This document shows positions 18,403 through 27,436 of a stretch of DNA of 46,231 nt, piece by piece. The position numbers and the translations under genes are program-made. The notes under the pieces were generated by a model that did no database searches, was not told the DNA's origin, and was given only the letters and a program-made list of their open reading frames with translations. The stretch is taken from IMG/VR virus record IMGVR_UViG_3300042090_001045. One strand, written 5' to 3'. The stretch comes from a virus. The first letter of the stretch is position 1. Each line of letters begins with the position of its first letter.

Positions 18403-19712
18403 AAATCCTTGTCATCGATCAGATCGGTCTCGCGCTTGACTTTTGCATGCAATGCGAAGAGTCGGGCCACGATGTCCGTTTGTGGGTAAAGCCTAAAAAG
18501 GGCAAAACCCGCAGCGCCGTTGGCGATGGCTTTGTGCGTAAAGTTCCCGATTGGAAACCGCACATGGCGTGGGCGGATTTGATCGTAACGACCGACAATT
18601 CATCCATGATGGAAGACCTCGCGCCGTTCCAAAAGCGCGGGTTCCCCATTTTCGGTAGCAACGTTGCGGGCGCAGAACTTGAACTAAACCGACAGAAAGG
18701 CCAAGACCTGTTTAAGAAAGTCGGTATGAAAGTCATGGAAGGCGTTGAGTTTAAAGACTACGACAAGGCTATCGAGTACGTCAAGAAAAACATGGAGCGT
18801 TTCGTCTCGAAGCCGAACGGCGACGTAGACAAAGCGCTTTCCTACGTTTCAAAGTCGCCCGCCGATATGGTGTTCATGCTGGAACGCTGGAAAGCGAAAA
18901 ACCCGAAGAATGAAGGTTTTATCTTGCAGAAGTTCCAAGGCGGTATTGAGATGGCAGTGGGCGGATGGTTCGGCAAGAACGGCTGGTCACGCCATTTTCT
19001 TGAAAACTTCGAGCACAAGAAGCTAATGGCCGGGGATAACGGCGTCAATACCGGCGAGCAGGGCACCTGCATGCGCTATACCGAAAAGTCGCAGCTTGCC
19101 GAAGAATTGCTTCTTCCCCTGACGGATCACCTCAAAAAGATCAACTATCGGGGCTTCTTCGATATGGCGTGCATTATCGACAAGGAAGGCACGCCGTGGC
19201 CGCTGGAAGCCACGAGCCGCCCCGGCTGGCCTTGTAACATCATCCAGTCCGCGTTGATCGTATCCGATCCGGCAGAGTGGATGCTTGACGCACTTGAAGG
19301 GCGGGATACGCTTCAGGTCGCCAACGAGGTCGCAACCGGCGTCGTCGTAGCAATTCCGGATTACCCTTTTACCGAGTACACCGGGCGCGACGTAGAAGGC
19401 TTCCCGGTTTATCATTCTGAACCGATGTGGATGGAAGACATTCACTTGTGCGATGTCAAGCTGGGGAAAGCCCCAGTTGAAGAAGACGGCGAAATCGTAG
19501 AAAAGCCCATGCCTGTCACAACAGGCGATTACGTATGCGTTGCTACGGGCACAGATTTTACGGTATCCGGCAGCGCTAATCGCGCCTATCGTGCTATTAA
19601 GAAGATAGAAATTCCCAACAGCCCGATGTGGCGTATCGATATCGGCAAGCGTCTGGAAAAGCAACTTCCTGAGTTGCAAGACCTAGGCTTCGCCGAAGGA
19701 TGGGAGTATTAA
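18399..19712 (+). CDS. ATP-grasp enzyme, PurD (glycinamide ribonucleotide synthetase)-like
   Basis: 437 aa, ATGA-coupled to the internal virion protein gene. FEHKKLMAGDNGVNTGEQGT compares with PurD DHKR..DGD.GPNTGGMG. YRGFFDMACIIDKEGTPWPLEATSRPGWP compares with GVLYAGLM....GP.VLEFN.RFGDPE. The N-terminal GGREHA loop is not conserved. Confidence 0.7.
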   Translation: MKILVIDQIGLALDFCMQCEESGHDVRLWVKPKKGKTRSAVGDGFVRKVPDWKPHMAWADLIVTTDNSSMMEDLAPFQKRGFPIFGSNVAGAELELNRQKGQDLFKKVGMKVMEGVEFKDYDKAIEYVKKNMERFVSKPNGDVDKALSYVSKSPADMVFMLERWKAKNPKNEGFILQKFQGGIEMAVGGWFGKNGWSRHFLENFEHKKLMAGDNGVNTGEQGTCMRYTEKSQLAEELLLPLTDHLKKINYRGFFDMACIIDKEGTPWPLEATSRPGWPCNIIQSALIVSDPAEWMLDALEGRDTLQVANEVATGVVVAIPDYPFTEYTGRDVEGFPVYHSEPMWMEDIHLCDVKLGKAPVEEDGEIVEKPMPVTTGDYVCVATGTDFTVSGSANRAYRAIKKIEIPNSPMWRIDIGKRLEKQLPELQDLGFAEGWEY

Positions 19713-19714
19713 CA

Positions 19715-20086
19715 ATGGCCTTGCCACGCCGCCGACTGGAGCAACCGCCAGACCCGAAAACGCCGATGAACAGCTACGGCTGGCAGACTTGGCTTTGGAA
19801 ACTCTGGCGTTATCTTCAAGATTATGCTTTCGGCGGTACGGTAACGGGCGCGGCCAGCACGGGAACCGGCGTTTCCATTGTTAATACTGGCGCTTCGACA
19901 GGCACAACACTGGCGTTCAAATCGCTGATAGCAGGTGCTAACATTACCATCGTGGACAATGGCGTCGGGGGGATTGTGATATCCTCTACGGGAGGAACCG
20001 GCAGCGGAGTCACAGGTGTTGACGGCGGCAGCGCCGCCCCGCCGGTGGAAGAGTGCCGCTTCATTATTAATTTCGGGGGCGCTTGA
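19715..20086 (+). CDS. Small tail-fibre-associated protein
   Basis: ORF trimmed to ATG 19715. Gly/Thr/Ser-rich, ATGA-coupled to the large fibre gene. Confidence 0.5.
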   Translation: MALPRRRLEQPPDPKTPMNSYGWQTWLWKLWRYLQDYAFGGTVTGAASTGTGVSIVNTGASTGTTLAFKSLIAGANITIVDNGVGGIVISSTGGTGSGVTGVDGGSAAPPVEECRFIINFGGA

Positions 20087-22974
20087 TGGCAACCACGCTG
20101 TGGACTTATCAGTTTCGCGGAGACACCGCCGCTAACTGGACATCTGTCAATCCGGTTTTGCTCGCGAAAGAACTCGGACTGGAAACCGACACGAATAAGT
20201 TCAAATTCGGTGACGGCGTAACCGCATGGACGGGTTTGCCTTACGCAGGAGGCGGTGGCGGTGGGGGTGGCGTCTCTAGCGTTGCGCTTACGCTCCCCTC
20301 GTCAGTGTTCACCGTTACGGGTTCACCGATTACGTCTTCCGGCACGCTCACCGGTTCGTTTAACCCTCAGCCCGTTAATACTGTATTCGCTGGCCCCGCT
20401 TCCGGCGGCGCTGGTACGCCAACTTTCCGTGCACTGACTATTGCCGACCTACCCGGCGGCACGGGAACTGGGACAGTCACGAGCGTTGGGCTTTCTCTGC
20501 CTGCTATCTTTAACGTGTCCGGTACGCCAGTTACGACTTCGGGCACTCTTACCGCTTCCCTTGCTTCGCAAACGCAGAATATGGTGTGGGCGTCGCCTAA
20601 CGGCGTTGCGGGCGCGCCTACTTTCCGTTCTATCGTCGGCGCTGACTTGCCTATTTTTGGCGCTTCCGGTTCTTCGCACGCACCGGGCGCGGTGCCCGAT
20701 CCCGGTGCGACCGCAGGAACTACACGTTTCCTCCGCGAAGACGCGACGTGGGCCGTTCCGCCCGGCGGGGGCGGTTCGGGCACTGTCACTAGCGTGGGCC
20801 TCGCGCTCCCTTCGTCAGTCTTTACGATTACGGGTTCGCCGGTAACGGGTTCGGGCACACTGACCGGTACGTTCGCAACCCAGACGGCGGCAACGGTATT
20901 CGCAGCCCCTGCCGGTAGTACTGGCGCGCCTTCTTTCCGCCCGCTCGTGGGTACTGACGTGCCCGTGTTTGGCGCTTCAGGTAGTTCCCATTCGCAAGGC
21001 GCTGTCCCTGACCCCGGTGCGACCGCAGGAACTACACGTTTCCTCCGCGAAGACGCGACATGGGCGGTGGCTACCGGCACAGACCCCATTCTAACTTCGT
21101 TGGTGAACGGATACGCGATCACCGACCAGTTAACCGCGCCACCTGCCGGGGGGCAGGGGTTCGATCAAAGTACGTCGCCGGGGGGCGTGACGGTTAGCGC
21201 GGGTAACACAACGGTTACTACGTCGTCTTCTACCCCGACCGGGGTTCTTGGTGTGGCCCCGCTGACAGGTAATGTGTATTTTGAATACAAATTGCTTTCC
21301 GGCACGCCGAATATTGGGGCGCAAATAGGGGTCGCGCCGCTAGGCACCAACCTCACGACCAAAATAGGGGTTACAGACGGCGGGGGGTCGGCAGGGATCG
21401 TCCCTACGAATAACGGGACGGCTTACGGCAATAACGGGTCAGTTTTTTTTAACTTCATACTCTGGGGCGCTGCTGTTGGCGACGTAGTATGCATAGCCTA
21501 CAACTCCACTACCCGACAGTTTTGGGCCAATATTAACGGGGGGCAATGGTACAACAATACCCCAAGCAACAACCCCGTTACTAATTTAGGCGGCATTACC
21601 ATCAGTGGTACTTCGCCGTTGTATTTGGGCATTACGACCCAAGCGGCGGTGTCGTTTCAGGCTAATTTGACTTCGGCCACGTTTGCGTATTCGCCTCCTA
21701 GCGGGTATGTCGCCCCGACCGGTGGGCCTCCCAACAACGGCGATACCTACATTGTGGCCCCCGGCGCTACCGGCGCATGGGCGGGGCAGGACAATAACCT
21801 CGCCGTTTGGTATAACAGCCAGTGGAATTTTGTTGTACCGAAGCAGGGATTTGAGATTTATGTCGGTAATCGCGGGGTTTCACGCTGGTGGACTGGCACT
21901 GCGTGGGCGGACGGTCTGCCAATCAATGCCGCTGATACTTTGGTCGGCGCGGTGCCAATTGCAAACGGCGGCACGAACGCCACTACCGCAACCGCTGCGC
22001 GTACGAATCTCGGTGCAGCGGCTTCCGGAGCAAACAGCGATATCACTTCGCTTTCGGGTCTGACTACCGCGTTGTCGGTCGCACAAGGTGGCACAGGCGC
22101 AACGACTGCGGCGGCGGCGCGCACGAATCTCGGCGCGGGCACAGTAAGCAGTGTCGGGCTGTCTTTGCCGTCTATCATTACCGTCAGCGGTTCGCCGGTT
22201 GCCGGCTCCGGTACGCTTACCGGTACGTTGGCTACACAATCGGCGAATACCGTTTTCGCGGGGCCGACTACTGGCGCAGCAGCCGCGCCGACGTTCCGGG
22301 CTCTTGTGGCAGCGGATGTACCTAGCCAATCAGGACGCTTGCTGAACGTACAAATATTTACTTCAAGCGGTACATACACACCCACGACAGGTACGAATAG
22401 TGTAATAGTAGAAATACAAGGTGCTGGCGGTGGCGGCGGCGGGGCCCCAGCGGTTACTACGGCGCAAGGTTCCGCAGGCGGTGGTGGGGGCGCGGGGGGA
22501 TACGTGTTGCATAGGATGACGAGCGGTTTCTCCGGGGCCTCTGTAGTCGTCGGCGCGGGTGGTAGCGCGGCTTCGGGTGCTTCGGGGGGAAACGGTGGCA
22601 GTTCGTCATTCGCAGGGATTACCGCTGGCGGGGGTGGGGGAGGAGGCAATGCCGGTCCTAATACGGGTTTGACTATCAGCGGGGGCGGTTCGGGGGGCTC
22701 GGCTACCGGCGGCTCCATTCTATCGCTCGTTGGCGGCCTCGGCCCTCTCAATATGAGTAATAATACTTCGGGTTTTTTCACCAATATGCCTCCCCCTGCT
22801 GGGCATTTGGGAGCGGGAAGTTCGGCTCCAAATGTAGGGGCGGCAGGCTTGTCGGGGGTGGGCTACGGAAGCGGCGGATCTGGCACAGTTAACTTGGGCT
22901 TGTTCGGGGCCAATCCCGCGCTGTCTGGTGGGGCCGGTGGGGCCGGGGTAGTCATTGTGTGGGAATACTCATAA
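20083..22974 (+). CDS. Large mosaic tail fibre (repeat modules, SPRY-like domain, DUF2793-like domain, C-terminal glycine-rich domain)
   Basis: 963 aa. Four SVGLSLPS..T(V/I)(T/S)GSP(V/I)T.SGTLTG...TVFAGP....APTFR.L...D(L/V)P modules. GNVYFEYKLL...IGV...GDVVCIAYNSTTRQFWANINGG...PLYLGI is SPRY-like. GDTYIVAPGATGAWAGQDNNLAVWYNSQWNFVVPKQGFEIYV is DUF2793-like. Poly-Gly C-terminus. Confidence 0.8.
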   Translation: MMATTLWTYQFRGDTAANWTSVNPVLLAKELGLETDTNKFKFGDGVTAWTGLPYAGGGGGGGGVSSVALTLPSSVFTVTGSPITSSGTLTGSFNPQPVNTVFAGPASGGAGTPTFRALTIADLPGGTGTGTVTSVGLSLPAIFNVSGTPVTTSGTLTASLASQTQNMVWASPNGVAGAPTFRSIVGADLPIFGASGSSHAPGAVPDPGATAGTTRFLREDATWAVPPGGGGSGTVTSVGLALPSSVFTITGSPVTGSGTLTGTFATQTAATVFAAPAGSTGAPSFRPLVGTDVPVFGASGSSHSQGAVPDPGATAGTTRFLREDATWAVATGTDPILTSLVNGYAITDQLTAPPAGGQGFDQSTSPGGVTVSAGNTTVTTSSSTPTGVLGVAPLTGNVYFEYKLLSGTPNIGAQIGVAPLGTNLTTKIGVTDGGGSAGIVPTNNGTAYGNNGSVFFNFILWGAAVGDVVCIAYNSTTRQFWANINGGQWYNNTPSNNPVTNLGGITISGTSPLYLGITTQAAVSFQANLTSATFAYSPPSGYVAPTGGPPNNGDTYIVAPGATGAWAGQDNNLAVWYNSQWNFVVPKQGFEIYVGNRGVSRWWTGTAWADGLPINAADTLVGAVPIANGGTNATTATAARTNLGAAASGANSDITSLSGLTTALSVAQGGTGATTAAAARTNLGAGTVSSVGLSLPSIITVSGSPVAGSGTLTGTLATQSANTVFAGPTTGAAAAPTFRALVAADVPSQSGRLLNVQIFTSSGTYTPTTGTNSVIVEIQGAGGGGGGAPAVTTAQGSAGGGGGAGGYVLHRMTSGFSGASVVVGAGGSAASGASGGNGGSSSFAGITAGGGGGGGNAGPNTGLTISGGGSGGSATGGSILSLVGGLGPLNMSNNTSGFFTNMPPPAGHLGAGSSAPNVGAAGLSGVGYGSGGSGTVNLGLFGANPALSGGAGGAGVVIVWEYS
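20701..20747 (+). repeat. Intragenic direct repeat, copy 1 (47 bp identical to 21013-21059)
   Basis: cccggtgcgaccgcaggaactacacgtttcctccgcgaagacgcgac occurs twice and encodes PGATAGTTRFLREDAT in both modules. Confidence 0.9.
21013..21059 (+). repeat. Intragenic direct repeat, copy 2
   Basis: Identical 47-mer to 20701-20747. Confidence 0.9.
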
Positions 22975-23168
22975 TGCAAAGATATGCGATATTAGAAAAT
23001 AATTTCGTCTTAAATGTGGTGTTGTGGGACGGGGAAACTGAATGCGCGGCCATTCCGCAAACTGCCGTCGCTCTCCCGGATGATTCTCCCGTTGGCCCCG
23101 GCTATACGTACGATGGCACGACGTTCACCGCGCCCCCGGAACCGCCTAACCCTTTCCCTTTTGCCTAA
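22974..23168 (+). CDS. Small hypothetical protein downstream of the fibre gene
   Basis: ORF trimmed to ATG 22974 (TAATG overlap). Begins MQRYAILENNFVLNVVLWDG.... Confidence 0.5.
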   Translation: MQRYAILENNFVLNVVLWDGETECAAIPQTAVALPDDSPVGPGYTYDGTTFTAPPEPPNPFPFA

Positions 23169-23174
23169 AACAAA

Positions 23175-23345
23175 ATGGCCGATAACGACCTCTCAGAGAA
23201 AGAGCGGGCTTTTGCCCGACAAGTTGCTAAAGAGATGATGAGTCTTATTAGCGAGGAAGTCGGGCGCTCCGTCATCCAAAAGGTGATGTGGGCTATTATT
23301 TTGGCCGTACTCGGGGGCGCAGCAGTCTACGTCAAATTGAAATGA
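23175..23345 (+). CDS. Small protein with C-terminal transmembrane helix (56 aa)
   Basis: Hand-translated: MADNDLSEKERAFARQVAKEMMSLISEEVGRSVIQKVMWAIILAVLGGAAVYVKLK. ATGA-coupled to the next gene. Confidence 0.5.
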   Translation: MADNDLSEKERAFARQVAKEMMSLISEEVGRSVIQKVMWAIILAVLGGAAVYVKLK

Positions 23346-24730
23346 GTTCAGGCTACTTCAATCAATTCGGTGTCGATCTTGACGGCTGGTTCGGACCGTT
23401 GGGTGGGGGCATTTCGACGCACAAGGTAGGCTACCAAGTAGCGGGGCAAGACCTTAACTTGCGCTATTGGCCGCTAAGTCTTGGGGGGATTCAAGTGCCG
23501 CCGACGGGCTTCTACTGGCATGGTCAGGATCTGAATACGATTTTCGGCTGGCCCCCGATTACGGCGGTGAATCTGGAAGTTTTTTTGATTCAATCCCAAC
23601 CGTTGGACGGCGCGATAGTTTCTACTTTTGACGCCCAAGGCGCAGTAACACAAAATAAATATTACGCGACCGGCGGCATCGGAACCTTATTTGGCGACAA
23701 TATCCCCGCCGGGGCGGTTATACAACCCTCGCTCCCGGTTACGATTGTAAATCTTACGGGGCCTTACGGTATCGCCCCGGCAATGCCGACAAATGCGCAG
23801 ACGGGTACCGCATTAGGTTTCAGAATTAATAACGGGGACGGTACTTATAGTACTTTATTGGAAAAATACCCAACAGCGGTATTTACAGTAACCGCTAGCA
23901 CCCCCGGCGCGTCTGCCGCGTTGGGGGGCGACCTACCGGGGCTGGGCGTAACCGTAGTCGTTGGGGCTGTTCAAGTACTGGAAAATAACAGCGGCGCTAG
24001 TTTCAAGATAGAAGTTCCCTCAGCAACCCCCGGAAACCCGCCCACCCTGTTGTACTTTGCCAGCATTTGCCGCAAGCCGCCGACAGAAATAGTACCCATA
24101 GCTAACGTGACTAGCGCAATCGCGCACGTCGGTCTTCCGCTCTCGACACCTGCTAGTGGTCTGCAAGACCCTATCGCCGCTACGTCTAGCGCGATTTGGC
24201 AACCGGGAACCAACATAATAGCGCTGTCGGTGAACGCGACGGCGGCCAATAGAGTGCCATTGCCCCCAACAACTGACCCCGCCACAGCCGCCGCAACTAT
24301 AGCGGTTGTTTACACCGGGGGCGGCGGGAGTGGGGTCGATTATTGGGGCATCGACCCCACTAACTTATTTACCGAAGAAACCGTAGTAGTGAACCGAACA
24401 GGCAGCACCCTATCCGGCGTGCCCTTATGGGCCGCTAACGGGCCGGGGGTCGGCGTTTTCTCTAGGGGCGGGTTCACTGGCGACTCCCACAGCCCTGTGT
24501 GGGTGGCGGGCACGACAACCAATGATTCTAACCCAAATCTACCCCCGATAAACGGCGACCCGTCAGACGGACTCAACGGCTTGCTAAACCGAGTTTTGCT
24601 GTGTCAGTCTAAATTAGCTTTTGAAGGCGATAAACTTGACATCCTTGGGGATTATTATATAGTCGACACGTCCGCGATGAATAGATTCGTGTACACAAAT
24701 TCCGGTACTCTCCAATACACAGGATCATGA
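23342..24730 (+). CDS. Hypothetical large protein (possible second receptor-binding or tail-associated protein)
   Basis: ORF trimmed to ATG 23342 (MSSGYFNQ...), 462 aa, between the fibre genes and the lysis cassette. No motif recognised. Confidence 0.55.
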   Translation: MSSGYFNQFGVDLDGWFGPLGGGISTHKVGYQVAGQDLNLRYWPLSLGGIQVPPTGFYWHGQDLNTIFGWPPITAVNLEVFLIQSQPLDGAIVSTFDAQGAVTQNKYYATGGIGTLFGDNIPAGAVIQPSLPVTIVNLTGPYGIAPAMPTNAQTGTALGFRINNGDGTYSTLLEKYPTAVFTVTASTPGASAALGGDLPGLGVTVVVGAVQVLENNSGASFKIEVPSATPGNPPTLLYFASICRKPPTEIVPIANVTSAIAHVGLPLSTPASGLQDPIAATSSAIWQPGTNIIALSVNATAANRVPLPPTTDPATAAATIAVVYTGGGGSGVDYWGIDPTNLFTEETVVVNRTGSTLSGVPLWAANGPGVGVFSRGGFTGDSHSPVWVAGTTTNDSNPNLPPINGDPSDGLNGLLNRVLLCQSKLAFEGDKLDILGDYYIVDTSAMNRFVYTNSGTLQYTGS

Positions 24731-25176
24731 ACGAAATCGACTTTGAAACGCTCATCACCGAACTGCGGCGGGATGAAGGCGTGCGCTACAGCCGCTACAC
24801 CGATCACCTTGGCAACTGGACTATTGGCGTCGGGCACAACATCGACGCCGATGCCAAATACCCTTTCACAAAGCAACAAGAACCCCTTAACGACAATCAA
24901 GTGAATAAGCTATTAGCGGATGACATTGATAGCGTTATGAATGATCTGAACCGCAACGTACCGTGGTGGACAGAGCTGTCCGGCACGCGGCAACGTGTAT
25001 TGGCTAACATGTGTTTCAACATGGGCTGGCCTACGCTAGCGACCTTCACCAACACGTTGAAATGCATTCAAACGGGCGATTATTCGCAAGCGGCGATCAA
25101 TATGCTGGCTTCGAAATGGGCTAAACAGGTTGGCGGGCGCGCCGTTCGTTTGGCCGACATGATGAAGGTGGGCTGA
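24727..25176 (+). CDS. Endolysin, T4-lysozyme-like (GH24)
   Basis: LRRDEGVRYSRYTDHLGNWTIGVGHNI matches the E-x8-D-x5-T catalytic pattern of T4 lysozyme ([22 protein letters not shown]). Confidence 0.85.
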   Translation: MNEIDFETLITELRRDEGVRYSRYTDHLGNWTIGVGHNIDADAKYPFTKQQEPLNDNQVNKLLADDIDSVMNDLNRNVPWWTELSGTRQRVLANMCFNMGWPTLATFTNTLKCIQTGDYSQAAINMLASKWAKQVGGRAVRLADMMKVG

Positions 25177-25177
25177 C

Positions 25178-25411
25178 ATGAACTTGGGAGAATGGTTCAA
25201 ACAAATCGTTACCGAAGCAGATGGGGAAACCCACAGCATGCAGCGGTGGATGGGTTTGTACGCCTTCTTCCATTTTCACGTCATGCAAATCGTAAATGTG
25301 TTCCACTTACACCAGCCTTTTGACTCAGCCGCCTACGGTGGCGGTTTAGCGGCGATGATGGCGGCTACGGCTGTCATGCTCGGCCTTGCGCCGGGGGAGA
25401 AGAAAGAATGA
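25178..25411 (+). CDS. Holin candidate
   Basis: 77 aa with two hydrophobic segments and a charged C-terminus, between the endolysin and spanin genes. Confidence 0.5.
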   Translation: MNLGEWFKQIVTEADGETHSMQRWMGLYAFFHFHVMQIVNVFHLHQPFDSAAYGGGLAAMMAATAVMLGLAPGEKKE

Positions 25412-25932
25412 TTCTTGAATTTCTAAAAGCGTACTGGAAATGGATCGCGGCGGCTTTGGCCGTCGTTTTCTTTTACGTGCTGGCCTATGAACGTGGGGCG
25501 TCTCATGTAGAAAAACTATGGGACGCGCAGAAGGCTAAAGACGCGCAAGCTATCGCCAAGCTCGTAGAGAAGCAAACGGTCGTCACTACGCAAGTGGTGA
25601 CGCAATACGTTGACCGCGTGCAAGTCGTTCACGAGAAAGCACAGGTCATTACTAAAGAGGTGCCGGTCTATGTCACTCAATCGGATGACGCTCGTTGTAC
25701 TATCAACAATGGCTTTGTCAGCGTGTGGAACGCCGCAAACGCTAATGTGCCCCTTCCCGCAACCGCCGACGGAACTAATGAAGCCGCCAGCGGGGTTAAG
25801 CTCTCAGACGTTGCAGCCCAGCACAGCAACGAAGCCGAATACGCCCACCAACTCGAAGAGCAACTAATCGCCCTGCAAGCTTGGGTAAAAGCGCAACAGG
25901 AGGCCGCTAATGCCGCGCAAGCCAGCCGCTAA
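25408..25932 (+). CDS. i-spanin (Rz-like)
   Basis: 174 aa with an N-terminal TM helix (WKWIAAALAVVFFYVLAY), a charged helical periplasmic part, and an embedded lipoprotein ORF. Confidence 0.7.
   Translation: MILEFLKAYWKWIAAALAVVFFYVLAYERGASHVEKLWDAQKAKDAQAIAKLVEKQTVVTTQVVTQYVDRVQVVHEKAQVITKEVPVYVTQSDDARCTINNGFVSVWNAANANVPLPATADGTNEAASGVKLSDVAAQHSNEAEYAHQLEEQLIALQAWVKAQQEAANAAQASR
25670..25867 (+). CDS. o-spanin (Rz1-like lipoprotein) embedded in the +1 frame of the i-spanin gene
   Basis: MSLNRMTLVVLSTMALSAC lipobox followed by a Pro-rich mature part (PFPQPPTELMKPP). ORF 25610-25867 trimmed to ATG 25670. Confidence 0.7.
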   Translation: MSLNRMTLVVLSTMALSACGTPQTLMCPFPQPPTELMKPPAGLSSQTLQPSTATKPNTPTNSKSN

Positions 25933-26122
25933 AGTCATTCCGGTATTCCCGGCAGAAACGTGTGCGCAGTGCAAGTTTTTTGATGCAGAAGAAGATGGCA
26001 ATACGTGGTGTTATGTAGACCCGCCTGTCGTTGTTGATGAAACGGGGACAACTTCGCGCGGCCTTTTTACTAGCCCGGAAGGGTTGGCTTGTCGTCATTT
26101 CAGAGGGAAGGTCAACGCATGA
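25910..26122 (+). CDS. Small Cys-containing hypothetical protein
   Basis: 70-aa ORF, ATGA-coupled to the downstream gene. Confidence 0.45.
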   Translation: MPRKPAAKVIPVFPAETCAQCKFFDAEEDGNTWCYVDPPVVVDETGTTSRGLFTSPEGLACRHFRGKVNA

Positions 26123-27282
26123 AAATCGATGAACGTTATAAAGAATGGGCTACGGATCGACAGCGTGAAGTGATCGACGCCGTCAATACTACCGGCGGGA
26201 TCCGCTCGGCTGCCCGACTGCTTGGTTACTCTTCCGAAGGTAGTGTGCGCAACCAACTCAAGCTGGTAGTTCGCAAAGCTGGCATCCACGGGTTCTCGCC
26301 GGATTACGATCTGGACAAACCGACACCTCCGGGGCAGCTTCTCAAAGGCGCGTCTACGCTGTATAAGGACGGCAAGCCCGTCATGCAGTGGGTTAAGACA
26401 ACACTCGATCTTCAGGAAGTGGAACGCGCGACCCGTGAAGCGGTGGCCGCGCTGGCTGAAGACGTTAAACGCGAGAAGCCCGTCAAAGCGCCCAAGCACA
26501 CCGAAGACGCACTGTGCAATCTGTACACGTTCACGGATTGCCACGTCGGCATGATGGCATGGGCACCCGAATCTGGCGAAGATTGGGATTTGAAGATTGC
26601 CGAAGAAACCCTCATGGGCGCGTTCGAGCATCTTATTGCCGCCTCACCCAAAGCCCAGACGTGCGTCGTGGCCCAGCTTGGCGACTTCCTGCACTACGAT
26701 AGCCTAGCGCCGGTCACGCCAACGAGCGGGCACATTGTAGACGCTGACGGTCGTTACAGCAAGGTTATTCGTGTCGCCGTTCGCGTTCTGCGAGCCATCA
26801 TCACGAAAGCCCTTTCACGGCACGAGAAGGTTATCGTATTGATGGCCGAAGGAAACCACGACATGGCGTCGTCGGTCTGGCTGCGCCATCTGTTCGGGCT
26901 GCTGTACGAGAATGAGCCGCGCGTATCCGTTATCGATTCCGAAATGCCCTACTACGTGCACCAGCATGGGCAGACGATGCTAGGCTTCCATCACGGCCAC
27001 CTCAAGAAGAACGAAGCGCTGCCGCTACTGTTCGCCGCTCAATTTGCGAAAACGTGGGGCGCGACGACGAAACGTTATGCGCATACGGGGCACCGTCACC
27101 ACGTCGAAGAGAAAGAACATTCGGGAATGACCGTCGTGCAGCACGCTACACTGGCGGCGCGGGATGCGTATGCAGCACGCGGGGGTTGGATTTCAGACCG
27201 TCAGATTACTTCCATCACCTACCACGACCGGTACGGGCAAGTCGCCCGTAACACGGTCGTGCCTGAAATGCTCACTTCTTGA
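26119..27282 (+). CDS. Calcineurin-like metallophosphoesterase with N-terminal HTH-like region
   Basis: ORF trimmed to ATG 26119. Motifs FTDCHVG (DxH), LGDFLHYD (GDxxH), AEGNHD (GNHD), GFHHGH and HTGHRHH. N-terminal TTGGIRSAARLLGYSSEGSVRNQL looks like an HTH. Confidence 0.75.
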   Translation: MKIDERYKEWATDRQREVIDAVNTTGGIRSAARLLGYSSEGSVRNQLKLVVRKAGIHGFSPDYDLDKPTPPGQLLKGASTLYKDGKPVMQWVKTTLDLQEVERATREAVAALAEDVKREKPVKAPKHTEDALCNLYTFTDCHVGMMAWAPESGEDWDLKIAEETLMGAFEHLIAASPKAQTCVVAQLGDFLHYDSLAPVTPTSGHIVDADGRYSKVIRVAVRVLRAIITKALSRHEKVIVLMAEGNHDMASSVWLRHLFGLLYENEPRVSVIDSEMPYYVHQHGQTMLGFHHGHLKKNEALPLLFAAQFAKTWGATTKRYAHTGHRHHVEEKEHSGMTVVQHATLAARDAYAARGGWISDRQITSITYHDRYGQVARNTVVPEMLTS

Positions 27283-27436
27283 CCTCATCGCCGAGAAGTC
27301 TACGGGCTTCTCGGCGCACCCCTTCCGACACTTCTAGATACCAAACGTCTCTGTCTAAAAGTGCCCGTAAAAAATCCCGCGTTTGCAGGATGAAGGCGGT
27401 ATCTGTAGTAGGTGTCATGCCTTTAGCTTCGCTCAT
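27272..27436 (-). CDS. Small hypothetical protein (54 aa), last gene of the minus arm
   Basis: Hand-translated MSEAKGMTPTTDTAFILQTRDFLRALLDRDVWYLEVSEGVRREARRLLGDEVKK. ATGA-coupled to the SNF2 gene. Its 3' end overlaps the 3' end of the plus-strand gene by 11 nt (27272-27282). Confidence 0.45.
   Translation of the reverse strand: MSEAKGMTPTTDTAFILQTRDFLRALLDRDVWYLEVSEGVRREARRLLGDEVKK

Noticed and set aside
22380-22974. Gly-rich C-terminus of the tail fibre as another member of the GY-repeat family
   Set aside because: It has poly-Gly/Ala/Ser runs without the strict Gly-X alternation, is not Tyr-rich, and lacks both caps. It resembles the common glycine-rich C-terminal domain of fibre proteins instead.
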